64,000 nucleotides of DNA from Spirochaetaceae bacterium (lineage in GTDB: Bacteria; Spirochaetota; Spirochaetia; DSM-2461). Location: positions 24,831-88,830 of the forward strand of contig JAOPTT010000016.1 of NCBI GenBank assembly GCA_051531975.1, read 5' to 3'. Below the pieces are notes generated by a model. It made no database searches, was not told the DNA's origin, and was given only the letters and a program-made list of their open reading frames with translations. Shown here in pieces: positions 38,970 through 48,349 of this stretch (position 1 is its first letter; each line of letters begins with the position of its first letter). A program made the position numbers and the translations under genes.

Positions 38970-41651
38970 TTATAAAGAATAAACATCAATTTTATCTATT
39001 TTGTAATTGAAGACTCTTTCATTTATTTCAAAACTTAACTCTTCAGTAACTTCATGACCAAGTAGCTCCGAACCTAATGGTGACATATAAGAAATGATAC
39101 TATTTGCAGGATCAGATTCCCAAGTTCCAAGAATTATATAATCTTCTTTTTCATTGGTATCAATATTATTTAGAACGACTACAGTACCAAATGAAACTTT
39201 ATCATTGTTAATTGTTTCTGGATCAATTATTTTAGCTCTTCCAATTTCATCTTTAAGTCGACCAATAGCAATATTAAGGTTCTCTTGACGTTCTTTTCCA
39301 GCCTTATACTCTGCATTTTCTTTTAAGTCACCCATTTCAATTGCAATACCAATTTCTTTTGAGTTCTTAGGAATTTCTACATCAAGTATATGCTTAAGTT
39401 CTTTTTGCTTTTTAGCATAACTTGCTTCAAGACAATATAAACCACGAGCAGAAACTACAGTTAATTCTGTTTCTGAATCACCATAAAATTTCATTTTAGG
39501 GAACTTAAGAGAAACCTTATCTTTTAAAGAAAGTCTAACTGCAGGATCTAATTCTTTAACATCATTTAAGATACTAAACAATCTTGAAACTTCTTCTTGA
39601 TTAAAGTTTTCAATAAACTGATCTACTCTGCCTTCTTTGAAAAGTAAGTTCAAGATTTGACGATTATACTTTCTATTATTTGCAGCATCTCGTTTGTTCT
39701 CAATATCTCTATATGTAACCCTTAAAAGTTGGATTAGATTAACTAATAATTCACTATAACTTATGCCTAACTTTTCATACCAATTTTCATCATCAGCATT
39801 TCTAGCAAGCCAGATTAAAGGTTCTCTAAATTCTCTGTAATGTGTAATAATATCTTTGAACATAGAAACTACACGTTCTTTATTTGAAGTATGTATTAAT
39901 GTTTCCACAGTATGTTTACTTAAGTAATAAGGGAATAAGTTAACATAAATATCAACCCAGTCTTCACAATTAGTTCTAATTAAAGATAAAAAGTCTTTTT
40001 TATATTCTGCAAGATTAATATTAGCAAATAGATCTTCTAAATTCTCAATATCATCAAAAAGTTCGTTAAAAGTATAGTTAATACCAGGATTTAAAAAAGG
40101 ATAAACTTTTATAATATTATTTACAAAAATATAACTTGTTACAACATATTCATTTATATTTGCAGCATTTAAAAATGAAGTAAAGTATGAAAACATCTCA
40201 CCAAAAAATTCTGAATCAGGATCAGAGTTTTCTAAGAACTCAAGTATAACTTCTAATCTATTAAAATATTTAGAATCTGCTCTAAATTTATTATATGCTT
40301 TCTCTTCATAAGAGATAGGTTTATCTCGAACAATAAATTTATCTAAGTTATCTGGTAAATTTCCAAAGCTAGAATCAGTTTTTAATGTCTTTCTGGCTTC
40401 AGCTCCCCAAGTTGTCCATTCTCCTGGAGTTAAAACAGAAGGAACAAGTTCAGTTTTTATCTTTTTCATATCTGCAGCTTCAAAACTATTAATAATAGTA
40501 GTTAATGCCCATTTAACATCACCCTTTATTCGAGCTTTAAGTTTATCTTTTGCAATAGCACCTTTTAAAACCCATATGTGTTTTTTGTTTAAACTAGTTA
40601 ATGAGTTTACAGCCATTTTTAATGACATTGAGTGGCCACGTTTTTTTACAAAATCAATAATAATATTATCGCCATCGATGCTTTTAATAACACCTATATC
40701 CCATGTTCTATGGAAAACAAAGTTACCTGCATCAAAAGATATATGTTTCTCAAAATCAGATATAGCATCGTGAACATGACGCCAAGTTTGAGTTAAATTA
40801 GAAAGACGTATATATTCATCTAAATGACTATTGTCAGAGTATCTATTTTTGTAACAATTTGTAATCTCTTTTCTAGCCCAGCCATATTTTGGATCTAAAA
40901 TTAAGATTTTCTTCAATAATATAATACATGTATCCCAATTTTCTTGTTCCTGATATTTTGGATATAACTCCTCTAAAAGAATTATAGATTTTTCAGCACC
41001 AATTATTTTAGTATTTTTGTTTGCAACGTGAATAAAAAAATCAATATCTTCATGGCAAAACTCAACTAATTTACTCCAGATTTCACCAATGTTACCAACC
41101 ATTTTTTTGTTGATATATCTATAAATAGCTTTCTTGTAATAGTTAATAGCATGTTCAATATCACCAGCTTCTTCTTTTGCAATAGCTAATTTTTTAATAA
41201 TATCTGCTTCTTCATAATCTATTTTAATTAATCTTTCCCAGATAGCATACAAATTATCATTATCGTTTTCTTGAGTATAAAATTCAGCTAATGTTTTTAA
41301 AGCCTGTTTATTTTCTCCAAACTCTAGAATCTTGTCACATAAATACTTAACAATATTCCATTTTGAGTTTTTCACGAAAACATTAATCAAGATAATAAAA
41401 CTAGTATCATCTACAAGTTGATCTTCTAGAGACATCATTCCTGAAAGATAAAGTGCAATAATACTATTCTTTGAGTTTTCTAAATGCTCATTGGTTAATT
41501 CAATAGCCTCTTCAGCTACTTCTTTTTCTGTAATTTCTTCTAATAAATCATTTAGGATATTAAAATTGCTTATGTTCCAAGACGCAATACCACTTCCAGT
41601 CCATTTCTCTTCCTTAAGCATATCGCCTAATTTATTAATAGTCTCACTCAT
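38970..41651 (-). CDS. greA: transcription elongation factor GreA with long N-terminal extension
   Basis: C-terminal AIEMGDLKENAEYKAGKE, VSFGTVV, ISYMSPLG; about 730-aa N-terminal region as in spirochaete and chlamydial GreA. Confidence 0.92.
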   Translation of the reverse strand: MSETINKLGDMLKEEKWTGSGIASWNISNFNILNDLLEEITEKEVAEEAIELTNEHLENSKNSIIALYLSGMMSLEDQLVDDTSFIILINVFVKNSKWNIVKYLCDKILEFGENKQALKTLAEFYTQENDNDNLYAIWERLIKIDYEEADIIKKLAIAKEEAGDIEHAINYYKKAIYRYINKKMVGNIGEIWSKLVEFCHEDIDFFIHVANKNTKIIGAEKSIILLEELYPKYQEQENWDTCIILLKKILILDPKYGWARKEITNCYKNRYSDNSHLDEYIRLSNLTQTWRHVHDAISDFEKHISFDAGNFVFHRTWDIGVIKSIDGDNIIIDFVKKRGHSMSLKMAVNSLTSLNKKHIWVLKGAIAKDKLKARIKGDVKWALTTIINSFEAADMKKIKTELVPSVLTPGEWTTWGAEARKTLKTDSSFGNLPDNLDKFIVRDKPISYEEKAYNKFRADSKYFNRLEVILEFLENSDPDSEFFGEMFSYFTSFLNAANINEYVVTSYIFVNNIIKVYPFLNPGINYTFNELFDDIENLEDLFANINLAEYKKDFLSLIRTNCEDWVDIYVNLFPYYLSKHTVETLIHTSNKERVVSMFKDIITHYREFREPLIWLARNADDENWYEKLGISYSELLVNLIQLLRVTYRDIENKRDAANNRKYNRQILNLLFKEGRVDQFIENFNQEEVSRLFSILNDVKELDPAVRLSLKDKVSLKFPKMKFYGDSETELTVVSARGLYCLEASYAKKQKELKHILDVEIPKNSKEIGIAIEMGDLKENAEYKAGKERQENLNIAIGRLKDEIGRAKIIDPETINNDKVSFGTVVVLNNIDTNEKEDYIILGTWESDPANSIISYMSPLGSELLGHEVTEELSFEINERVFNYKIDKIDVYSL

Positions 41652-41670
41652 CTTTTAAACACACCTCTAT

Positions 41671-42648
41671 CTAATTTAAGTATAAGTTATAAATTTTACT
41701 GTCTAAAAGTTTTATATTTAATAAAACTTCATCAATTTCACTTTTTGATCCCTTTGCTGACACGAAGTGTTCAAGTAAACGGAAATAATGGTTAATTAAT
41801 TTAGGAATAATAATTCCTTTATCAATATCACCAACTGAAAGTTGATTATTTAATGAATATATACTCTGTTTTAGTAATCCTACTTCAATAGGTTTTAATT
41901 CTTTTTTTACAGAAAAAAGACCTAGTACAGTACCATAAACAGGAATCCATTGTTTTAACTCCAGCAAAGAATAATTTTTATATTTTAACTCATCAATAAT
42001 TTTATGAATAATTATTGACTCTAATGAGTCCAAATCTACTTCATCAGGGGATATGAAAAAAGCTTCCCTGAAAAACAATTTTGCATGTTTATCTTCATTA
42101 ATTAATGAATAAACATCAGCTAATTGCGCCAAAATAGAAGAATTGTTTTTTTGTAAATTTACAGCTTCTTCTAATAATAATTGGGCTTGTTCATAATCAC
42201 CCATTTTCTTTAAACAATAACCCTGTTTTAATAACAAACCAGGATCTTTTTCGTTACTTGTTAACTCTCCATATCTCATGAAGGAGTTGTATGCAGTATA
42301 AAACACCCAATGTTCAACACTTTTTACACCATGCAACCAATTTATATTGTGATTATTCACATAATCTTTTGCAAAAGAAGTGAACTCACGAAGTAGAAAT
42401 TCCCCTTTTTCAAGGTGATCATCTAATGTTTCAAGTTTAACTTGTCGTTCTTTCCAAAAACCGGCTATCTTCATACCGTCTTTTGCTTCTGCACTTTCAA
42501 AGTTAACAGTTAAAGCGTCATGAAATGAATCCCAAGCTTCTTCTATGTTACCATGATATAAAAATTTTTTTGCAAAGTTTAAATGTTTTTCAAAACTCTT
42601 TTGATTAAAATCTTTTAACCTTTTGTTGCTCTTTAAACCACTCTGCAT
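41671..42648 (-). CDS. TPR protein
   Basis: GYCLKKMGDYEQAQLLLEEA, LAQLADVY, FREAFFI.P; co-directional upstream of greA. Confidence 0.75.
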   Translation of the reverse strand: MQSGLKSNKRLKDFNQKSFEKHLNFAKKFLYHGNIEEAWDSFHDALTVNFESAEAKDGMKIAGFWKERQVKLETLDDHLEKGEFLLREFTSFAKDYVNNHNINWLHGVKSVEHWVFYTAYNSFMRYGELTSNEKDPGLLLKQGYCLKKMGDYEQAQLLLEEAVNLQKNNSSILAQLADVYSLINEDKHAKLFFREAFFISPDEVDLDSLESIIIHKIIDELKYKNYSLLELKQWIPVYGTVLGLFSVKKELKPIEVGLLKQSIYSLNNQLSVGDIDKGIIIPKLINHYFRLLEHFVSAKGSKSEIDEVLLNIKLLDSKIYNLYLN

Positions 42649-42746
42649 TTCTCTAAGATTACATCAGTTAGGGGTTGATAGTCAACAAACCTATATAAAA
42701 TAATGAGTATTTGATTATAATAATAAAACGATGTTATTATATATGA

Positions 42747-43412
42747 ATGATAAAAAATAAAAAATACGTACTTAGTGCTCCATCAGTTTTAAGCGCTAAC
42801 TTTGCAAACATGGGTGATGGGATAAAGTTAATAGAAGATTCTAACGGAGATTGGGTTCATCTTGATGTTATGGACGGTAGTTTTGTTCCCGTTATAACAT
42901 TTGGTCCTAAAATGATAAAAGACATTAGACCACTAACAAAAAAAGTTTTTGATGTTCATTTAATGATCAATAATCCAGGAAAACATATAGATAGTTTTGT
43001 TGATGCAGGTGCCGATTATATCACAATACATTATGAAGCAGAGCTACATATTAATAGAGTTTTACAGCAGATTAAACAAGCAGGTTGTAAATGTGGAATA
43101 TCTATTGTTCCTTCTACACCAGTAAGTGTGTTGGAGAATATATTACCTTTTGTTGATCTTGTTTTAGTAATGTCCGTAAATCCAGGGTTTGGTGGCCAAA
43201 GCTTAATTGAAGATACCTTAAATAAAATAGAGACTCTTGTCGATATAAGAAGTAAGAAGGAATATGATTTCCTCATTTCTATCGATGGTGGGGTGAATAA
43301 AACTACTTCTTCTAAAGTAATTGCATCTGGAATTGATGTTTTTGTTGCAGGATCAGCTTTTTTTGGTGCTAAAAACCCTAAAGAAGAGTTAGAATTTATT
43401 AAAAATAGTTAA
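42747..43412 (+). CDS. rpe: ribulose-phosphate 3-epimerase
   Basis: APSVLSANF, HLDVMDG.FVP, DVHLM, MSVNPGFGGQ, IDGGVN. Confidence 0.97.
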   Translation: MIKNKKYVLSAPSVLSANFANMGDGIKLIEDSNGDWVHLDVMDGSFVPVITFGPKMIKDIRPLTKKVFDVHLMINNPGKHIDSFVDAGADYITIHYEAELHINRVLQQIKQAGCKCGISIVPSTPVSVLENILPFVDLVLVMSVNPGFGGQSLIEDTLNKIETLVDIRSKKEYDFLISIDGGVNKTTSSKVIASGIDVFVAGSAFFGAKNPKEELEFIKNS

Positions 43413-43418
43413 TTATGG

Positions 43419-44402
43419 GTGGAGTGGTCTATGACCTTAAAAAAAATAGTTTATATTTTGGTTTTTATTTTATTTTCTACAATGGCTTATGGTAATGATT
43501 CTATAGATAAGAATATGGCAAAAGGAATGAAAGATTATAAAAACAGTAAATATATTGATTGTATTTATAATATGAACCTTGTTTTAGAAAAAAAGAATAA
43601 CTTAACTTCTGAAGCTCTCTTTTGGAAAGCAAAGTCCTATTATGAATTAGGTTATTATAATGACTCCAAAAATAATGTAGAACTTTTTTTTAGAAAAGGT
43701 TCAATAACTTCTGAATATTATGAAGATGTAAGATTTTTATATTGTAAAGTTTATTTTAAATTAGAAAAATATGAGGATTCACTTTTACTTTTTAATCAAT
43801 TCATTAGAAATAAATCCTTCAGTTTCTATGTTGATTCTGCTCTATTCTGGGTAGGAGAATGTTATTTACAGTTATCAGAGTTGAAATTAGCAAAAAATTC
43901 ATACCTTCTATTTCTAGATAAAAACCCTAATAGTCTTATAGTTAAAAAAAGGATAGATCTGATTGATAAAATGTTGTCTCTTATTGAGAACATAAATACT
44001 AAAAAATTAACTATATTAGATAAGGCTAGCTGGTTTATAGATTATGTTGCTAAAGAACAAAAAGATATATCTAACAGTAATAATAAACACATAAGTGACA
44101 TATTATCTACCATAGATACTCGAGAAGATTTTTACGCTTGGATAGATGATTATTATATCCAAAATAAGAAATTAAATAATGAATTAATTGAAATTGACTC
44201 TTTACTTCCAGATAGTACTATAATTAGTATAGATAAACCAATTGAAACTGAAGTACCTAAAAAGTATGAAGAGCCTATTGTTGTAGAAGAGCCAATTGTT
44301 GTAGAAGAGCCAATTGTTGTAGAAGAGCCAATTGTTGTAGAAGAATCAAATGATATTTTAAGTGCGCTTGAACTTGAGTTACTTAATAAGTTAGGAGAAT
44401 AG
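43419..44402 (+). CDS. exported TPR protein (BamD/CpoB-like) with EEPIVV repeats
   Basis: Signal peptide; ALFWKAKSYY and ALFWVGECY TPR motifs. Confidence 0.7.
   Translation: MEWSMTLKKIVYILVFILFSTMAYGNDSIDKNMAKGMKDYKNSKYIDCIYNMNLVLEKKNNLTSEALFWKAKSYYELGYYNDSKNNVELFFRKGSITSEYYEDVRFLYCKVYFKLEKYEDSLLLFNQFIRNKSFSFYVDSALFWVGECYLQLSELKLAKNSYLLFLDKNPNSLIVKKRIDLIDKMLSLIENINTKKLTILDKASWFIDYVAKEQKDISNSNNKHISDILSTIDTREDFYAWIDDYYIQNKKLNNELIEIDSLLPDSTIISIDKPIETEVPKKYEEPIVVEEPIVVEEPIVVEEPIVVEESNDILSALELELLNKLGE
44268..44348. repeat. 18-bp coding repeat, 4.5 copies (GAAGAGCCAATTGTTGTA; EEPIVV)
   Basis: Directly visible. Confidence 0.9.
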
Positions 44403-44404
44403 AA

Positions 44405-45604
44405 ATGAAAAATAAAATTGTAATATTATTTTTTCTCTTTTTTGTATTAAATACCATTTTTTCTGATGAACAAACACTTAATACTGATAATTATGGTATT
44501 TCTGAATCAAAAAAAGGCTTTCTTGACTTTTATATTATTTCTGATAATTCTGAAAAGTTAAATGTGATAGATAATGGTTATTATTTAAATTCTAGAATTT
44601 ATATTAAAGATAGTGATAGACGGTTTTATCTTAGAGACCAAGGAAAATATGTAATTTCAGTACTTGATGATACCTTAACTATTAAGTGGCGGGTTTTAAC
44701 ATTAGATATTACTGAAAAATATAAAAAGTCTGCTACTGGATATATATACTCTATTGAGGTTAAGAATCGTACTGATAAAGATCGTAATGTTGGTGTTTAT
44801 TTAATGTATGATACCATTTTAGGGGAAGATTCTGGAGATCACTTTCTAGTAGATGAATATAAAGTTATAAACAAAGAACGTTCTTATCAAAGAAAAAGTA
44901 TTCCAAACTCTATTAGATCATTAAATGAATTAGGCCATGGAATTGAGTTTCGAGTAATGGATAATGAAGATTATAAACCTGATGAAGTCATATTAGGGAA
45001 CTGGGATAGATTGGCTTATAGTAAAAAATGGCCATATAATGTTAAAGGTGGTAGTCTGTTTTCATATGGTTATTATTCAATCAATGATTCAGGTATAGGT
45101 ATCTTCTATCCTGGAATAAATATTCCATCTGAACGATCAATAATTTATACATATAATATCAATTTTATTACTGATGAGGTTATTAAGCCACAAGTTCAAG
45201 ATAATAGTACAAATGAGGATTCAAAAGATTGGGGTAATGATGTAGATGTTGAATCTTTAATAATTGAAGAGCCAGTTCTTATAGAAGAACCAATTGTAGT
45301 AGAGGAACCTTTAGTTATAGAAGAACCGATAGTTATAGTGGAACCGATAATTATAGAGGAACCAATAGTTCTAGTGGAACCAATAGTTATAGATGAACCA
45401 ATAATTATAGATGAACCAATAATTATAGATGAACCAATAATTATAGACGAACCAATAATTATAGACGAACCAATAGATCCAGAAAGGGAAGAATTAAAAA
45501 GAATGTTAGAATATATTCAGAAAAAAAAGCGTGGGGAAGATGTTTCTGGGTATGATTTTGATGAAAATGATATATTAGAGAAGCTAAAAAACAGAGATGA
45601 GTAA
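44405..45604 (+). CDS. exported hypothetical protein with IIIDEP repeats
   Basis: Signal peptide; YDTILGE, GNWDRL, INDSG; 12 hexapeptide repeats near the C-terminus. Confidence 0.7.
   Translation: MKNKIVILFFLFFVLNTIFSDEQTLNTDNYGISESKKGFLDFYIISDNSEKLNVIDNGYYLNSRIYIKDSDRRFYLRDQGKYVISVLDDTLTIKWRVLTLDITEKYKKSATGYIYSIEVKNRTDKDRNVGVYLMYDTILGEDSGDHFLVDEYKVINKERSYQRKSIPNSIRSLNELGHGIEFRVMDNEDYKPDEVILGNWDRLAYSKKWPYNVKGGSLFSYGYYSINDSGIGIFYPGINIPSERSIIYTYNINFITDEVIKPQVQDNSTNEDSKDWGNDVDVESLIIEEPVLIEEPIVVEEPLVIEEPIVIVEPIIIEEPIVLVEPIVIDEPIIIDEPIIIDEPIIIDEPIIIDEPIDPEREELKRMLEYIQKKKRGEDVSGYDFDENDILEKLKNRDE
45257..45472. repeat. 18-bp degenerate coding repeat, 12 copies (IIIDEP/IVVEEP)
   Basis: Directly visible in DNA and protein. 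Confidence 0.9.
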
Positions 45605-46718
45605 AAAGCCTAAAGAGATAAGGAATGGATTACTTTACCTTGGTAGAGGTGAGTATTCTAGTGTGATAAGACTTTTAGAATCTAAAATACCTCTATTTCT
45701 TGAGAATAAAGAATTCTATGTAATTTTAGCGAAAGCATTTTATTATACCGGGGATAACGCCGGTGCAAAGCTCTATTTTGATCGTGGTCAAAAAATACAC
45801 TGGGATGTAGATAGTGCACTTTATTTAGCAGCTTTAGGATTAAAAAGAAGAGATTATAATAGTTCACTTAGAATCTGGTTAGATATTTTAGATGAAGACC
45901 CAAACAATAAAATGGCAAAAAAAGGTTTAGCTTCATTAAAAAAATATTCAACAATGGATGAATTAGAATCTTTTATTCATTCCAAGAAGGTCGATCGATT
46001 AATACCTAGAAAAAAGATAAAACTTGCAGTAAGTACTATAATTACTCTTTATCTTCTTCTGTTTTTAGCTGCTGTAGCTTTCATTGGTATTAAAGCAAAT
46101 TTTATAGGCAAATTTTTGGAAATAAAAAATGTTCAAGATAATACTGTTTTAGAAAACTCAAGAGAAGGTAATGATCAGTTTAAATTAGATGATTTAAATA
46201 GTGAATATTTAGATTTTTCAAATCAATCTATATTCTCTTTTAGTGGTTCCCAGATTGAAGACTATTTTAAAAGTGCATCATCTCTTTTTATGGAGAATAA
46301 AGATAATAAAGTACGTACTTACTTAAACCTCATCAAATATTCAAATGCAAGTGAACAAGTAAAACAAAAAGCTATCAAGTTAGAGTCTTATTTAGTAGAA
46401 CCAAACTGGGTAAATTATTCTGATGAAATTACTTTCATGGATGTAAGTAGTAGTTTATATGAATATGAAAACTGTGTAGTTAAATGGAGAGGAATGTTGT
46501 CTAATCTTGAAATAAAAGATAGAAAGATTCATTTCTCATTTTTAGTTGGCTATGATAATGGAAAAATATTAGATGGAGTGGTCCCTGTTGAATTAAATGA
46601 AAATGTTAAATTACAGGAGAATCAACCTATAGAAGTATTAGGTCGTGTTGTTCGTCGGGATGATACTTTTTATCTTGAAGCATTAACAGTTATGCATTAT
46701 GTAATTAGGAATAAATAG
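45597..46718 (+). CDS. TPR plus TM plus C-terminal OB-like domain protein
   Basis: N-terminal TPR-like helices, central TM, CVVKWRG...IEVLGRV. Confidence 0.6.
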   Translation: MSKKPKEIRNGLLYLGRGEYSSVIRLLESKIPLFLENKEFYVILAKAFYYTGDNAGAKLYFDRGQKIHWDVDSALYLAALGLKRRDYNSSLRIWLDILDEDPNNKMAKKGLASLKKYSTMDELESFIHSKKVDRLIPRKKIKLAVSTIITLYLLLFLAAVAFIGIKANFIGKFLEIKNVQDNTVLENSREGNDQFKLDDLNSEYLDFSNQSIFSFSGSQIEDYFKSASSLFMENKDNKVRTYLNLIKYSNASEQVKQKAIKLESYLVEPNWVNYSDEITFMDVSSSLYEYENCVVKWRGMLSNLEIKDRKIHFSFLVGYDNGKILDGVVPVELNENVKLQENQPIEVLGRVVRRDDTFYLEALTVMHYVIRNK

Positions 46719-47161
46719 TGAAAGCTGTTGTACAGAGAGTTTTAGATGCAAGTGTAACTGTTGATAAAAAAATTACTGGATCTGTTTCTAAAGGTATTTT
46801 AGTATATGTTGGATTTGATGTTGAGGATACTGACAATGATATAACATGGATGATTAATAAATTACCTAATCTTAGAATCTTTAACGATGATGATGGTAAA
46901 ATGAATAAATCTATATTAGATCTTGGTCTTGGAATGTTAGTTATATCTCAATTTACACTTTTAGCAAACTGTAAAAAAGGGCGTAGACCCTCGTATAATA
47001 GAGCTGCTAAACCAGAGATCGCTAAAAGGCAATATAATGATTTCCTTGATAAAATGAAAAAAAAGGACTTGTCAGTTGAGTCTGGGGTATTTCAGGCACA
47101 TATGGATGTGAAATATACAAATGATGGCCCAATAACCATTATTTTGGATAGCAAAGAATAA
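46718..47161 (+). CDS. dtd: D-aminoacyl-tRNA deacylase
   Basis: KAVVQRV, SQFTL, KGRRPS, NDGPIT. Confidence 0.96.
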   Translation: MKAVVQRVLDASVTVDKKITGSVSKGILVYVGFDVEDTDNDITWMINKLPNLRIFNDDDGKMNKSILDLGLGMLVISQFTLLANCKKGRRPSYNRAAKPEIAKRQYNDFLDKMKKKDLSVESGVFQAHMDVKYTNDGPITIILDSKE

Positions 47162-47242
47162 AAAGTACTTAACATTATTTAAGTAGTGTGGTATTTTGAA
47201 TTAATATAAATAAAAATTATATATGATTAGTTAGAGGTTGAA

Positions 47243-48301
47243 ATGGCAAATAATGACAAAAAAGAAGACAAATTAAAAGCTTTAGAAGCTGCAAAATTAC
47301 AAATCGATAAGCAGTATGGAAAAGGTTCATTAATGAGAATGGGAGAAGCAGAAAAACTTAAAATTGAAGTTATTCCATCTGGCTCAATACTTTTAGATGA
47401 GGCGATTGGTGTTGGTGGTTATCCTAAAGGTCGAATTATAGAAGTATATGGGCCAGAATCTTCTGGAAAGACAACTTTAGCCTTACATGCAATTGCTGAA
47501 TGTCAAAAAATTGGTGGTATTGCTGCCTTTGTTGATGCAGAACATGCAATGGATCCTACATATGCACAAAACTTAGGTGTTGATGTCGACAATCTATGGA
47601 TTTCTCAACCTGATACTGGTGAGCAAGCTTTAGAGATTGTAGAATCTTTAATTCGTTCAGGAGCTGTAGATATTATAGTTGTTGACTCTGTTGCAGCTTT
47701 AACACCACAAGCTGAGATTGATGGAGATATGGGTGACTCTCATATGGGTCTACAAGCAAGACTTATGAGCCAGGCTTTAAGAAAATTAACTGGAATTATT
47801 TCTAAATCTGGTTGTAGTTTAATTTTTATCAATCAGATAAGAATGAAAATTGGTGTAATGTTTGGTAACCCTGAAACTACAACAGGTGGTAATGCACTAA
47901 AATTTTATGCATCTTTAAGAATGGAAGTTCGTAAAATTGAGACAATGTCAAAAGGTCAAGAAGATGCTACTGGTAACAGAGTACGTGTTAAGATTGTAAA
48001 AAATAAAGTAGCACCTCCATTTAGAAAAGTAGAGTTAGAAATTATATTTGGTAAAGGTATTTCAGCAACAGCTAGTTTATTAGATGGTGCACTTAAATTC
48101 GATCTAATACAAAAAAGTGGGGCCTGGTATTCATATAATGAAGGAAAAATTGGTCAAGGTAGAGAAAATGTAAAAATCTACTTAGATGAACATCCTGAAC
48201 TATATGCAATTTTAGATAAAGAAGTTAGGAAGAGAATCTTTGGTGATAAAAAAGAAGAAAAAGAGACAAAAGAGCCAAAAAAAGTAGCAGTTAAAAAGTA
48301 A
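47243..48301 (+). CDS. recA: recombinase RecA
   Basis: [42 protein letters not shown]. Confidence 0.99.
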   Translation: MANNDKKEDKLKALEAAKLQIDKQYGKGSLMRMGEAEKLKIEVIPSGSILLDEAIGVGGYPKGRIIEVYGPESSGKTTLALHAIAECQKIGGIAAFVDAEHAMDPTYAQNLGVDVDNLWISQPDTGEQALEIVESLIRSGAVDIIVVDSVAALTPQAEIDGDMGDSHMGLQARLMSQALRKLTGIISKSGCSLIFINQIRMKIGVMFGNPETTTGGNALKFYASLRMEVRKIETMSKGQEDATGNRVRVKIVKNKVAPPFRKVELEIIFGKGISATASLLDGALKFDLIQKSGAWYSYNEGKIGQGRENVKIYLDEHPELYAILDKEVRKRIFGDKKEEKETKEPKKVAVKK

Positions 48302-48322
48302 TAGGTTATTCTATAAGCAGTA

Positions 48323-48349
48323 GTAAATGACTCCAGTGGAGTCATTTAC
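48323..48349. terminator. hairpin between convergent recA and ABC-F genes
   Basis: GTAAATGACTCCA-G-TGGAGTCATTTAC. Confidence 0.75.

Noticed and set aside
32254..48301. Inteins in V-ATPase subunit A or RecA
   Set aside because: Both proteins are of normal length (588 and 352 aa) with uninterrupted motifs.
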